Assembly (NCBI GenBank): GCA_030647655.1
Contig: JAUSJH010000009.1
Location: forward strand, 82,196 to 146,195
Direction: 5' to 3'
DNA from: a bacterium
GTDB taxonomy: Bacteria; Patescibacteriota; Minisyncoccia; Phycocordibacterales; UBA2100
DNA: 64,000 nucleotides
The translations under genes and the position numbers were made by a program. Of this stretch, positions 10,204 to 18,084 are shown one piece after another. The notes under the pieces are model-generated. The model had not been told where the DNA came from, searched no databases, and saw only the letters and a list, made by a program, of their open reading frames with translations. Each line of letters begins with the position of its first letter. Positions within the stretch are counted from its first letter, which is position 1.

Positions 10204-10259
10204 TCTGACAAACTAAAAAACCTGCCTGCCGGTAGGCAGGGAAAAAGTATTTGAAATAA
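10204..10259 (+). pseudogene. Stranded recoded copy of the rarA 3' end, interrupted by a palindrome
   Basis: Removing 10221-10240 gives GAC AAA CTA AAA AAG AAA AAG TAT TTG AAA TAA (DKLKKKKYLK*), versus the rarA end EKLKKKRYLK*. Confidence 0.7.
10221..10240. repeat. REP-like palindrome CCTGCCTGCCGGTAGGCAGG (family A)
   Basis: Related copies at 12577-12594 and 58105-58124. Confidence 0.8.
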
Positions 10260-10268
10260 AAAAACAAA

Positions 10269-10300
10269 CGCGATTCGCCCACGAACTGGGGCGAATCGCG
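10269..10300. terminator. Hairpin/terminator
   Basis: CGCGATTCGCCC-N8-GGGCGAATCGCG with an A-run to the left, which is a U-tail on the minus strand. Confidence 0.7.
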
Positions 10301-10316
10301 ATTTCGGCGGCCGAGC

Positions 10317-10502
10317 CTACTTCGTGCTGGCGCTGTGCCAGTCGATTTTCACAGGCTTCGGCGGAACTTGTTCGGCGTCGAAGACGGGTTGAGCGAGCAC
10401 ATTACTCGCCTCGCCTGGGGTGACGACCCGGAAGTGCGGTGGCCCCAGATCAACGGGATCGCAGGACTTGTCTTCGGGGGGCTTGGTGGTCTTTTGGACC
10501 AT
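10317..10502 (-). CDS. Small hypothetical protein
   Basis: ATG preceded by a GAGGAAG SD-like sequence and followed by a terminator. Confidence 0.45.
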   Translation of the reverse strand: MVQKTTKPPEDKSCDPVDLGPPHFRVVTPGEASNVLAQPVFDAEQVPPKPVKIDWHSASTK

Positions 10503-10592
10503 GGGCTTCCTCGTTTGCGTGCAGGCAAAGAATGATTCTTTGCGTAGCAGCATTATGCCACTTGTTGGGAGATTATCAAGCTCGCCAAAGTC

Positions 10593-11519
10593 TTAGTCCA
10601 TCAAGGGCTTCTTCACATCCACGTTGGTCGTTTGGTAGACCCAGTTTATCCAGTTGGCATAAAATACCTGCCCGTTCGCTCCCCAATTCTTGAGCGGGGT
10701 TTTGGTCTCGTCGCCTTCCGGAAAATAATTTGTCGGGCGATTAATAGCGATACCTCCCGCCTTGTCGCGGAAATACTCTTCCGCGATATCATTGCGATAA
10801 TATTCTGGATGTCCCTGTACGTATATCTCGCGTCCCGAGCGGCCGACGATAAGATGGGGCCCGACCTTCTTGCTTTCGATAAGAATCTCAAAGTCTTTGT
10901 GTGCGGCGATATCTTTGAGCTCGACCCCGCGCCACCGTGAATGCGGAATAAATACCTCATCGTCCATCCCCGCCACAAATGGTGAGTTGGACTCATGGTG
11001 CACTTGATGCAGGAAAATGCCAAACTGTTTTGTTTTGTATTTGTGAGGAGCGATAGCGTACTGATAATACAGCTTTGCTTGTGATGCCCAACAGCTGAAG
11101 ATGGTGGAGGTAATACGCTCGCGCGCCCAGTCGAAGAATTTCGTGAGTTCTTTCCAGTAGTGCACATCCTCGAATGCCTGTTCTTCAAGATTTGCGCCCG
11201 TGATGATAAGCCCATCAAGGCCGCGCTCCTTCACTTCGTGAATGGTGCGATAGAACGCGTCGAAGTGGCCCTGCTTCGAGCGCGATTTATGCGTGTCGAA
11301 ATAGAGGAACGTGGGACGGATCTGGAGTGGCGAGTTTCCAAGCAGGCGCAAGAGCTGTACCTCGGTGCGCTCCACGGCCGCGCTCGGCATGAGATTCAGT
11401 ATTCCGATCTCTAAGGGGCGGATGTCTTGTTTCTCTGCGCGCTCGGTGGAGATCTCAAACACTTGTTCGCGCTTAAGAAACGCGAACGCGGGAAGTCTTT
11501 TGTCTATGATGAGCGCCAT
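10593..11519 (-). CDS. metA: Homoserine O-acyltransferase, MetA family (probably acetyl-CoA specific)
   Basis: QDIRPLEIGILNLMP, TEVQLLRLL, DGLIITGA, catalytic CWASQ, PHSRW, QGHPEY, ANWINWVYQ. Confidence 0.95.
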   Translation of the reverse strand: MALIIDKRLPAFAFLKREQVFEISTERAEKQDIRPLEIGILNLMPSAAVERTEVQLLRLLGNSPLQIRPTFLYFDTHKSRSKQGHFDAFYRTIHEVKERGLDGLIITGANLEEQAFEDVHYWKELTKFFDWARERITSTIFSCWASQAKLYYQYAIAPHKYKTKQFGIFLHQVHHESNSPFVAGMDDEVFIPHSRWRGVELKDIAAHKDFEILIESKKVGPHLIVGRSGREIYVQGHPEYYRNDIAEEYFRDKAGGIAINRPTNYFPEGDETKTPLKNWGANGQVFYANWINWVYQTTNVDVKKPLMD

Positions 11520-11584
11520 AGGGGTTCTCTCAAAATACCACCTGAAGCCGCGACATCCAATGGTACAATTATTGTGCGACCCAT

Positions 11585-11612
11585 CCTCCGCTAAAGCTTC
11601 GGAGGGCACAGC
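11585..11612. repeat. REP-like palindrome CCTCCGCTAAAGCTTCGGAGGGCACAGC (family B)
   Basis: Imperfect inverted repeat; a related copy lies at 24505-24538. Confidence 0.7.
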
Positions 11613-11614
11613 GT

Positions 11615-12529
11615 ATGGCCTCAGACTTGAAGGGACTTAAGACACAATTCCTCGAATACATCGAGATAGAAAAAGGCCGTAGTGTGAAAACGGTGGAGAA
11701 TTACGATCGCTATCTCAACCGATTTTTCACGTTTGCCAAAGCGAAGTCTACTGCCCAGATAACCGAAGCGATGGTGCGCGAATTTCGTATCACTTTGAAT
11801 CGCTCGAGTGGAGTTTCTGGCACGATGAAGAAGAACACCCAGAATTACCATCTCATCGCTCTGCGTGCATTTCTCAAATTTCTCCGCAAGCGCGATGTCG
11901 ATAGTCTCAACCCAGAGCGCATCGAACTCGCGAAGGTAGGTGGCCGCGATTTAGACCTCATCACCGCGGACGAACTCAACAGAATCATGAAAGCACCGGC
12001 GGGCGATGAGCTTCCGGCTCTGCGCGACCGCGCAATTTTGGAACTTTTCTTTTCTACGGGTCTGCGCGTCTCCGAATTGTGCGGGCTCAATCAAGATCTG
12101 GACCTCTCACGCGACGAATTTTCGGTGCGTGGCAAAGGCGAGAAGGTCCGCGTCGTGTTCCTCTCCCATTCTGCAAAAACGGCAGTTGCAGAATATATCA
12201 AGAAGCGAGGCGACATGAGCGAAGCGCTTTTTGTGAGCTATGGGAAAGGGAGCGCGAATAAAGGAAAAGATTTGCCGCGCATCACTCCCCGCTCCGTCGA
12301 GCGAATGGTGAAGCAATACGCAATCAAAGCCGGCATCACGCGCAAAGTTACGCCGCACGTCATCCGCCACAGCTTCGCAACCGACCTACTTGAGAACGGC
12401 GCAGACCTACGCTCCGTACAGGCGCTTCTTGGCCACGCCAACATCGCAACGACGCAAGTCTACACACACGTAACCGACAAACACTTGCGTGAAGTGCACC
12501 AAGCCTTCCACGGTAAACGCAGGAAGTAA
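11615..12529 (+). CDS. Tyrosine recombinase, XerC/XerD family
   Basis: SAM-like N-terminal domain; RDRAILELFFSTGLRVSEL, GKGEKVR, TPHVIRHSFAT, LLGHANIATTQVYTH. Confidence 0.95.
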   Translation: MASDLKGLKTQFLEYIEIEKGRSVKTVENYDRYLNRFFTFAKAKSTAQITEAMVREFRITLNRSSGVSGTMKKNTQNYHLIALRAFLKFLRKRDVDSLNPERIELAKVGGRDLDLITADELNRIMKAPAGDELPALRDRAILELFFSTGLRVSELCGLNQDLDLSRDEFSVRGKGEKVRVVFLSHSAKTAVAEYIKKRGDMSEALFVSYGKGSANKGKDLPRITPRSVERMVKQYAIKAGITRKVTPHVIRHSFATDLLENGADLRSVQALLGHANIATTQVYTHVTDKHLREVHQAFHGKRRK

Positions 12530-12536
12530 TATTCCA

Positions 12537-12770
12537 CTACTGGCGGACGAAGGTCGGAGTGATGTGGCGCGGATATCCTGTCTGCGCAGGCAGGCGGTTG
12601 ATGTGGAGGATGTTGGTATAGCGGGGTGTTTCGTGTTTGCGAGGCGTGAGCACACGATATGCCCCGGCTTGGTCATATCGCACGACATTGAATGTGCTCC
12701 ACTCTCGAGACCCACGTTCGCTCGGTGTTGAGAAGAGGGGCATCTGGTTTTCTGAGGCTTGATTTTTCAT
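12537..12770 (-). CDS. Possible small hypothetical protein with an in-frame family A palindrome
   Basis: 77-aa ORF filling the xer-xth gap; RLPAQTG is encoded by the palindrome at 12577-12594. Confidence 0.3.
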   Translation of the reverse strand: MKNQASENQMPLFSTPSERGSREWSTFNVVRYDQAGAYRVLTPRKHETPRYTNILHINRLPAQTGYPRHITPTFVRQ

Positions 12771-12910
12771 AGTTTTGTTTGTTATGCGACGGGAAGTTAC
12801 GCACCCTTCGCTGATTAATAAGACGATTACTTCCCTTTGCCATTACATCATCTACTAAGTGCCATGATGTTTGTATGAAACCTCATTAGCTCCTGTGCTA
12901 TCGTTCACGT

Positions 12911-13708
12911 ATGAAACTCGTGTCATGGAATGTAAATGGCATTCGAAGCGTCCATCGCAAAAATGCACTCGTGCCATTCCTCCAGCAAGTGAAACCGGAT
13001 ATCGCGTGCTTCCAAGAGACCAAGGCAGAGGAGCATCAGTCGGAGGTGGACCTGCCGGAATATGACGAATACTGGAATTCTTCGAAAGGCCGCAAAGGCT
13101 ATGCCGGTACGGCGATTTTCTCGAAAACCAAGCCTTTGAGCCTTATTTCCGGCTTTCCCGAAGAAATCCTCAAGAAGTACAAGCTCAAAGATGGTTACGG
13201 GGACCCAAATGAGGAAGGGCGGGTAATCACGGCAGAATACGAGGACTTTTATGTAGTGAATGTGTATACGCCCAACTCAAAACCAGACTTGAGTCGCCTT
13301 ACACTCCGGCATAAACACTGGGACCCTGCATTTCTGGCGTTCTGTAAACAATTAGAGAGGAAAAAGCCCGTTATTTTCTGCGGCGACCTAAATGTGGCGC
13401 ACATCCCAGATGATTTAGCCAATCCGAAGGCCAATGAGGGCAAACATGGTTTCACCAAAGAAGAGCGCGAAGGCGTTGATACAGTCATCAAGGCTGGATT
13501 CGTGGATACATTCCGTATTTTCACGAAGGGCAACGGGCATTACACATGGTGGAGCCACTTTGGGAACGCACGGGACAGGAACGTGGGCTGGAGAATAGAT
13601 TATTTCTTCGTAAGCAAAACGTTGGCTTCAAAGGTCCGCTCTGCCAAGATCTATCCCGAAGCATACGGATCCGACCACTGCCCTGTCTCGTTAGAGCTTG
13701 ATTTATAG
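12911..13708 (+). CDS. xth: Exodeoxyribonuclease III
   Basis: SWNVNGIR, QETK, GYAGTAI, EGRVIT, GDLNVAH, YTWWS, GWRIDYF, GSDHCP. Confidence 0.97.
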   Translation: MKLVSWNVNGIRSVHRKNALVPFLQQVKPDIACFQETKAEEHQSEVDLPEYDEYWNSSKGRKGYAGTAIFSKTKPLSLISGFPEEILKKYKLKDGYGDPNEEGRVITAEYEDFYVVNVYTPNSKPDLSRLTLRHKHWDPAFLAFCKQLERKKPVIFCGDLNVAHIPDDLANPKANEGKHGFTKEEREGVDTVIKAGFVDTFRIFTKGNGHYTWWSHFGNARDRNVGWRIDYFFVSKTLASKVRSAKIYPEAYGSDHCPVSLELDL

Positions 13709-13952
13709 CCATCCGTCAGCTGGCGGATAAAAGACGTAGCGATATCCACAGGATGTCCTTTACAGTGTCCGATACGGCGCTATGCTTACCCGTGGCCGCT
13801 CTTTACTGTCTCTCGTAACTCTAATCAACGAGTAAATAGCGGTATAAGTACTCTCGCAAACTAAAATTACGGTTGCCTCTGCGGCCGATTGGATGCCTAC
13901 GTACTTGTCCAAGATTTTCTCAAGTTCTTTTGGAGGAACTGGGAGACGCACT

Positions 13953-14016
13953 AAAAGCCGCTTCACGGCGGCGATCCACAAAATAGAAACTGGGTCGCCT
14001 GGTGAGGCGGCTTTTT
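13953..14016. terminator. Long bidirectional hairpin/terminator
   Basis: AAAAGCCGCTTCAC...GTGAGGCGGCTTTT with an inner stem GGCGATCCA/TGGGTCGCC. Confidence 0.7.
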
Positions 14017-14033
14017 CTTTTTGTGACACCTTT

Positions 14034-15512
14034 TTACGATACGTGGTGTTTCTCTCGCAGTTTCTGAATGGCGGCTTCATCCTCTTCTTCGCGTCGGTCT
14101 TTCCCCGCCTCGCCGAGCTTGCGTAGTTCAGCATCATCAAATTTCATGAGTTCCGCCGCTCTCTCTTCAAGGTATTCTTCAGTGTTTTTTTGGGGCTCAT
14201 CGAGCACTTCCTCTAGGAGCGCATGCAATATCCAGCCGATACGAGGCCCCGGCTTTTCACCAAATTTAATCATCTTCGAGCCGTCGATTTTGAGCATGCC
14301 GACAGAAACTGCATCGCGCATCGCCTCATCCACCATCGACATGTATTTGCGGAGACGGAACGGATGCGCTTTGGGCCGACCGGTGCCGATGCGGTCGCAC
14401 ACACGCAAATTCAAAAGGTCGTTGATGTTTTCTTTTCCCACGCGCGCGATAACTCTTCTCACTGCCGAGAGGGTAACGACTTCCGGATCGGAGAAGAACA
14501 TGTGCGTACGCACAAGTGTTGCAACTTTATCTATCGTTTCCTTGGGAAATTTGAGATTAGCAAGAATTCTTTTTGCCATACGCGCAGAGACCACATCGTG
14601 CCCGTGGAATGTCCAATCTTTTTTCTCATCGGACCATACACGCGTTGCAGGCTTGCCCACATCGTGGAGCAGTGCGGCGAGCCGCACGTCGAGCGGCCAT
14701 TTTTTGTCTGCCGCGTGCTGTAGGCTCCGCATTAAATGTTCGAATACATCGAACGAGTGTGCCTGATTCTGCGCGCAGCCGATCCCCTCTTCCAATTCCG
14801 AGATGACGTACTTCACTAACCCAAGTTTTTGGGCGACATAAATGGCTTGCATAGGCCGATCACTTTCGAGAATGCGCACAAGTTCGTCGCGTACACGCTC
14901 GCGGGAGATTTTTTCGAGTTGTCTCGCTTGTGCCGCGATACCCTCTGCTGTGTGCGCCTCTATCACAAAATCGAGCTCGGCCGCGATGCGCACTGCACGG
15001 AGCATACGCAATGCATCCTCCTCAAATCGCTCATGCGGGTTACCTACCGTCTTTACGCGCTTAGCGGCGAGGTCTTCTTTTCCACCATGTTCGTCGATGA
15101 GTTTTGCCTGCACAGGATCATACGCCAGTGCATTGATAGTGAAATCCCTGCGCTTCAGGTCTTCGGAGAGATTTTCGCTGAAACGGACCTCGTCGGGATG
15201 CCGCGCGTTCGAGTACTTTCCCTCGACACGGTACGGCGTCACCTCGATGACCTTCAATCGCGGGTTTTCCGATTTAGTAACAACACCCACGGTCCCATAC
15301 GCGTTCTCATAGAATGTTTCCTCGAACAAGGATTGTATTTGTTCGGGCTTCGCGTTGGTCGTAATGTCCCAATCTTTCGGTTCTCGATCCAAGATGAGGT
15401 CGCGTACGCATCCGCCTACTAGATACGCCTCAAAGCCCGCAGTATGCAGTGTCGCGAACACATTCTGCACCTCCTCGGGGACTTTAAGTTGGACTGTTTT
15501 CATATCCTGCAT
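14034..15512 (-). CDS. cca: CCA tRNA nucleotidyltransferase with HD domain
   Basis: YLVGGCVRD, KDWDITT, DLKRRDFTINA, RFEEDALRMLRAVR, LLHDVGKP. Confidence 0.93.
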   Translation of the reverse strand: MQDMKTVQLKVPEEVQNVFATLHTAGFEAYLVGGCVRDLILDREPKDWDITTNAKPEQIQSLFEETFYENAYGTVGVVTKSENPRLKVIEVTPYRVEGKYSNARHPDEVRFSENLSEDLKRRDFTINALAYDPVQAKLIDEHGGKEDLAAKRVKTVGNPHERFEEDALRMLRAVRIAAELDFVIEAHTAEGIAAQARQLEKISRERVRDELVRILESDRPMQAIYVAQKLGLVKYVISELEEGIGCAQNQAHSFDVFEHLMRSLQHAADKKWPLDVRLAALLHDVGKPATRVWSDEKKDWTFHGHDVVSARMAKRILANLKFPKETIDKVATLVRTHMFFSDPEVVTLSAVRRVIARVGKENINDLLNLRVCDRIGTGRPKAHPFRLRKYMSMVDEAMRDAVSVGMLKIDGSKMIKFGEKPGPRIGWILHALLEEVLDEPQKNTEEYLEERAAELMKFDDAELRKLGEAGKDRREEEDEAAIQKLREKHHVS

Positions 15513-15533
15513 TGTAGTGCATTATAGACCCAC

Positions 15534-15605
15534 GCTCCCGTGGTGAAACGGATATCACATCAGTCTTCGGAACTGACGTTCCAGGTTCGAATCCTGGCGG
15601 GAGCA
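15534..15605 (+). tRNA. tRNA-Arg(TCG)
   Basis: Acceptor stem GCTCCCG/CGGGAGC; anticodon arm TCAGT-CTTCGGA-ACTGA; T arm CCAGG-TTCGAAT-CCTGG. Confidence 0.95.
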
Positions 15606-15829
15606 CAAGGACAGAAAAGCGAACTGCTTCGCTTTTCTGCACACTTGTGCTGGGCGGAGCGATGACTCGCTAGCAAGCGAGGCCGCGAGCCGGGGTCGCG
15701 GAAATTCAATCGCGTCGGCGATTGGATTATCATGTGACCACATACATCTGTGCGGGGTAACGCCTCGCTCGATCGCGCGTCGTCTCTCGGAAAAGTAAAA
15801 GCAAGATTTTTATTTTCGCTCGTTCCTAG

Positions 15830-15900
15830 TGCGGGTACGGAGAATCGAACTCCGATCTCGTCCTTGGCAAGGACGCGTTCTACCATTAAACCATGCCCGC
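15830..15900 (-). tRNA. tRNA-Gly(GCC)
   Basis: Reverse complement reads GCGGGCATGGTTTAATGGTAGAACGCGTCCTTGCCAAGGACGAGATCGGAGTTCGATTCTCCGTACCCGCA. Confidence 0.96.
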
Positions 15901-15985
15901 ATACGCCCCGTTGAAGCGGGCGTCGCCATCAACAAAAGCAGTTTGTGGATTATACAATATCGGACTTCTGTAGCAACGAGGACGG

Positions 15986-16966
15986 CTAAATCTTTTTCAC
16001 CGGGTCTTGCTGAATAAGAAGAAGCTGGGTCACACGCGGATGATTCCAGAAGGCCGCGAGCAGTCCAAGGACAGCGATGAGGAAAGCGACGAGAGGCATC
16101 CAGAGCGCCGCACGGCACGAGGCAGATAGATACCAGAACGCGAGCAGAAGAAGCAAGAGAGCGAGAATGGCGGTTGCGATACGTTCCGGCGTGCGCGCCC
16201 ACGAGGCTGACATCGGGAATTCGGCCCAGAGCGCCGCGCCCACGACGAGTGCATAAAGGACAAGGAGAATGACCCAGAGACGGTAGGCACTCGTTTCTGA
16301 TGCGCACAGATTTTGGAGATTGCTCTGCATCGTGCCAACGACCGAACCCGTAGCGCTCGTAGCGGCAATAGGCTGAATCGGCTGAACAGGTGTTATCACA
16401 GGCGTGGGATTGAAAGGAGGTGTCGACGCTGTAGGAGCCTCTACTGGCTTCGTCGGAGTCGATGGTGCGGTCTGTGTAGGAACATTCTGCACAACGACTG
16501 GCCCTGACCCAACGCTCGTGGAGACAATACCCACACACACTGGTTGTCCGGTACGTGCAGAAAGCAGAGTTACTTTAAGGGGCACGGTACCCAAGATGCG
16601 TGTCGTCGGGATGTCTACGTGGATACGGACACTGCCTGCAGGGGCCGCCTGGCGTGTTATAAGGTTGAACGGTATGGACGTATTCCCTACTGATCCTAGA
16701 AGTGCTACATACGATGAGTCTGAAAGCGTGAACTCAAATGAATGGAGAGAACCGTCGTAAATATAGGGCGTAAAAGCAGTGGCAGATATAGGAGCGCAGG
16801 TATTACTGCCAGGTGGCAAAACCTGTGCTGTCTGGACAGAGATAGTGTCTGCCGATGCTCTGATTGGAAAGACGCTGAACGAAACGAGGAGAGCACTTGC
16901 CACGAGTACGAAAAGGAGCAACTGATTCAACCTATCGTGATACGCAATCTGAGCAACTTGTCCCAT
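15986..16966 (-). CDS. Hypothetical membrane protein (signal peptide, Pro/Thr linker, three C-terminal TMs)
   Basis: Long ORF with a clear hydropathy pattern; start uncertain. Confidence 0.7.
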   Translation of the reverse strand: MGQVAQIAYHDRLNQLLLFVLVASALLVSFSVFPIRASADTISVQTAQVLPPGSNTCAPISATAFTPYIYDGSLHSFEFTLSDSSYVALLGSVGNTSIPFNLITRQAAPAGSVRIHVDIPTTRILGTVPLKVTLLSARTGQPVCVGIVSTSVGSGPVVVQNVPTQTAPSTPTKPVEAPTASTPPFNPTPVITPVQPIQPIAATSATGSVVGTMQSNLQNLCASETSAYRLWVILLVLYALVVGAALWAEFPMSASWARTPERIATAILALLLLLLAFWYLSASCRAALWMPLVAFLIAVLGLLAAFWNHPRVTQLLLIQQDPVKKI

Positions 16967-17450
16967 ATGGTGGGAAAGGTAGTATACGAACGACCTTTGC
17001 GTCAAGGATAATCTGTGTTGTAAAGAATATTTTTTGTGAATGAAATCTCATGCAAACTCTAAAGGACATGTGCACACATCCACAATGTCCTTTTGCTTTT
17101 CAGAATTCAGTCTTGGAAATACGAATTAGAGTAAAGGTATTTTTCGGTGAGAACTGTGGACAACTCTGTGGACATGTGGATAAAGGACATAATATAGGAG
17201 GAGCTTTTGTCCGTTCGAAGTTCCGATATCAAGCTTTTGGGCCATACTCCAAACTTTTAAGCTTCGAACAGTAACGGACGGCGTCTGAGAGTATATGTTA
17301 CTTAAGAAACATATCGTGCACGTTTCGCGTGAACCCCATTGGATGCGCGAGGAAGGGCCTCACTTTATGAAGGCTTTTGCACCTTCGCATAGATTTATAG
17401 CTTCTAACAGGCTGAAAGTAGGCCTTTATATGCCTTATACTATGAAGTAT

Positions 17451-17831
17451 ATGATCAATGACCCTTTGAGGAAGGAAGTCGGTCGCATCGGGGAAGATAT
17501 TGCAGCCCAATTTCTCCAACGGAAAGGTTTCAGGGTTATTACTAGAAATTACCGAAAGCCGTGGGGGGAGATCGACATAATCGCCGAGAAGGGGAATGTC
17601 GTCCGATTTGTCGAAGTAAAGGCAGTTTCACGTGAAAGCCCTGATTACCGGCCAGAGGAACTCGTGGACGCGAGAAAGCTTCGCAAGGTCTCCCGAACAG
17701 CGGCCTTGTATATGGAGACTACAAAAGATAGGCGTGAATATCAGATTGACGTTGTTGGAGTTATTTTGAACAAGGCGACAAGAACAGCCCGCTGTAGGTT
17801 ATTTGAGCAAGCATTGGAGGGCAATCTATAA
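17451..17831 (+). CDS. yraN: YraN family (UPF0102) nuclease
   Basis: GRIGEDIAAQFLQRKGF, NYRKPWGEIDIIA, FVEVK, YQIDVVGV. Confidence 0.92.
   Translation: MINDPLRKEVGRIGEDIAAQFLQRKGFRVITRNYRKPWGEIDIIAEKGNVVRFVEVKAVSRESPDYRPEELVDARKLRKVSRTAALYMETTKDRREYQIDVVGVILNKATRTARCRLFEQALEGNL
17624..17639. promoter_or_regulatory. parS-like site inside yraN
   Basis: AGTTTCACGTGAAAGC matches TGTTTCACGTGAAACA at 13/16; a second copy CGTTTCGCGTGAACCC at 17321-17336 matches at 12/16. Confidence 0.5.
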
Positions 17832-17900
17832 AGGACGTTCACCAACTGACGGATGTCCGATAGGATGTCCTTTATAATCTATGATAATATGCACTGTTCT

Positions 17901-17974
17901 CGGGGCGTAGTATACCGGTAGTACGCCTGCTTTGGGAGCAGGTAGACCGAGTCCGATTCTCGGCGCCCCGACCA
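17901..17974 (+). tRNA. tRNA-Pro(TGG) with encoded CCA
   Basis: Acceptor stem CGGGGCG/CGCCCCG followed by ACCA; anticodon arm CCTGC-TTTGGGA-GCAGG. Confidence 0.93.
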
Positions 17975-18084
17975 TGTGGCTTACTTTTGCGCTGGCGAGT
18001 GCGCTCTTGCCTGCGATGCGGCGTATCTATGAGGACGCTCTTCACACTCGGCACACTCTTTCGCGCTGTCGGATAGAAAGAAAA

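Noticed and set aside
11615-12529. Integron integrase or prophage integrase
   Set aside because: The protein looks like a housekeeping Xer recombinase. I saw no IntI-specific insertion, adjacent attC array or phage genes.
13762-13950. tmRNA, RNase P RNA or SRP RNA
   Set aside because: No tRNA-like ends or open tag frame (GCA AAC is followed by TAA), no GAGGAAAGTCC and no SRP helix-8 motif. Kept only as an unknown ncRNA candidate.
15640-15790. Hairpin-rich spacer between tRNA-Arg and tRNA-Gly as a MITE or att site
   Set aside because: Stems are present, but I found no second copy or duplicated tRNA 3' end in the window.
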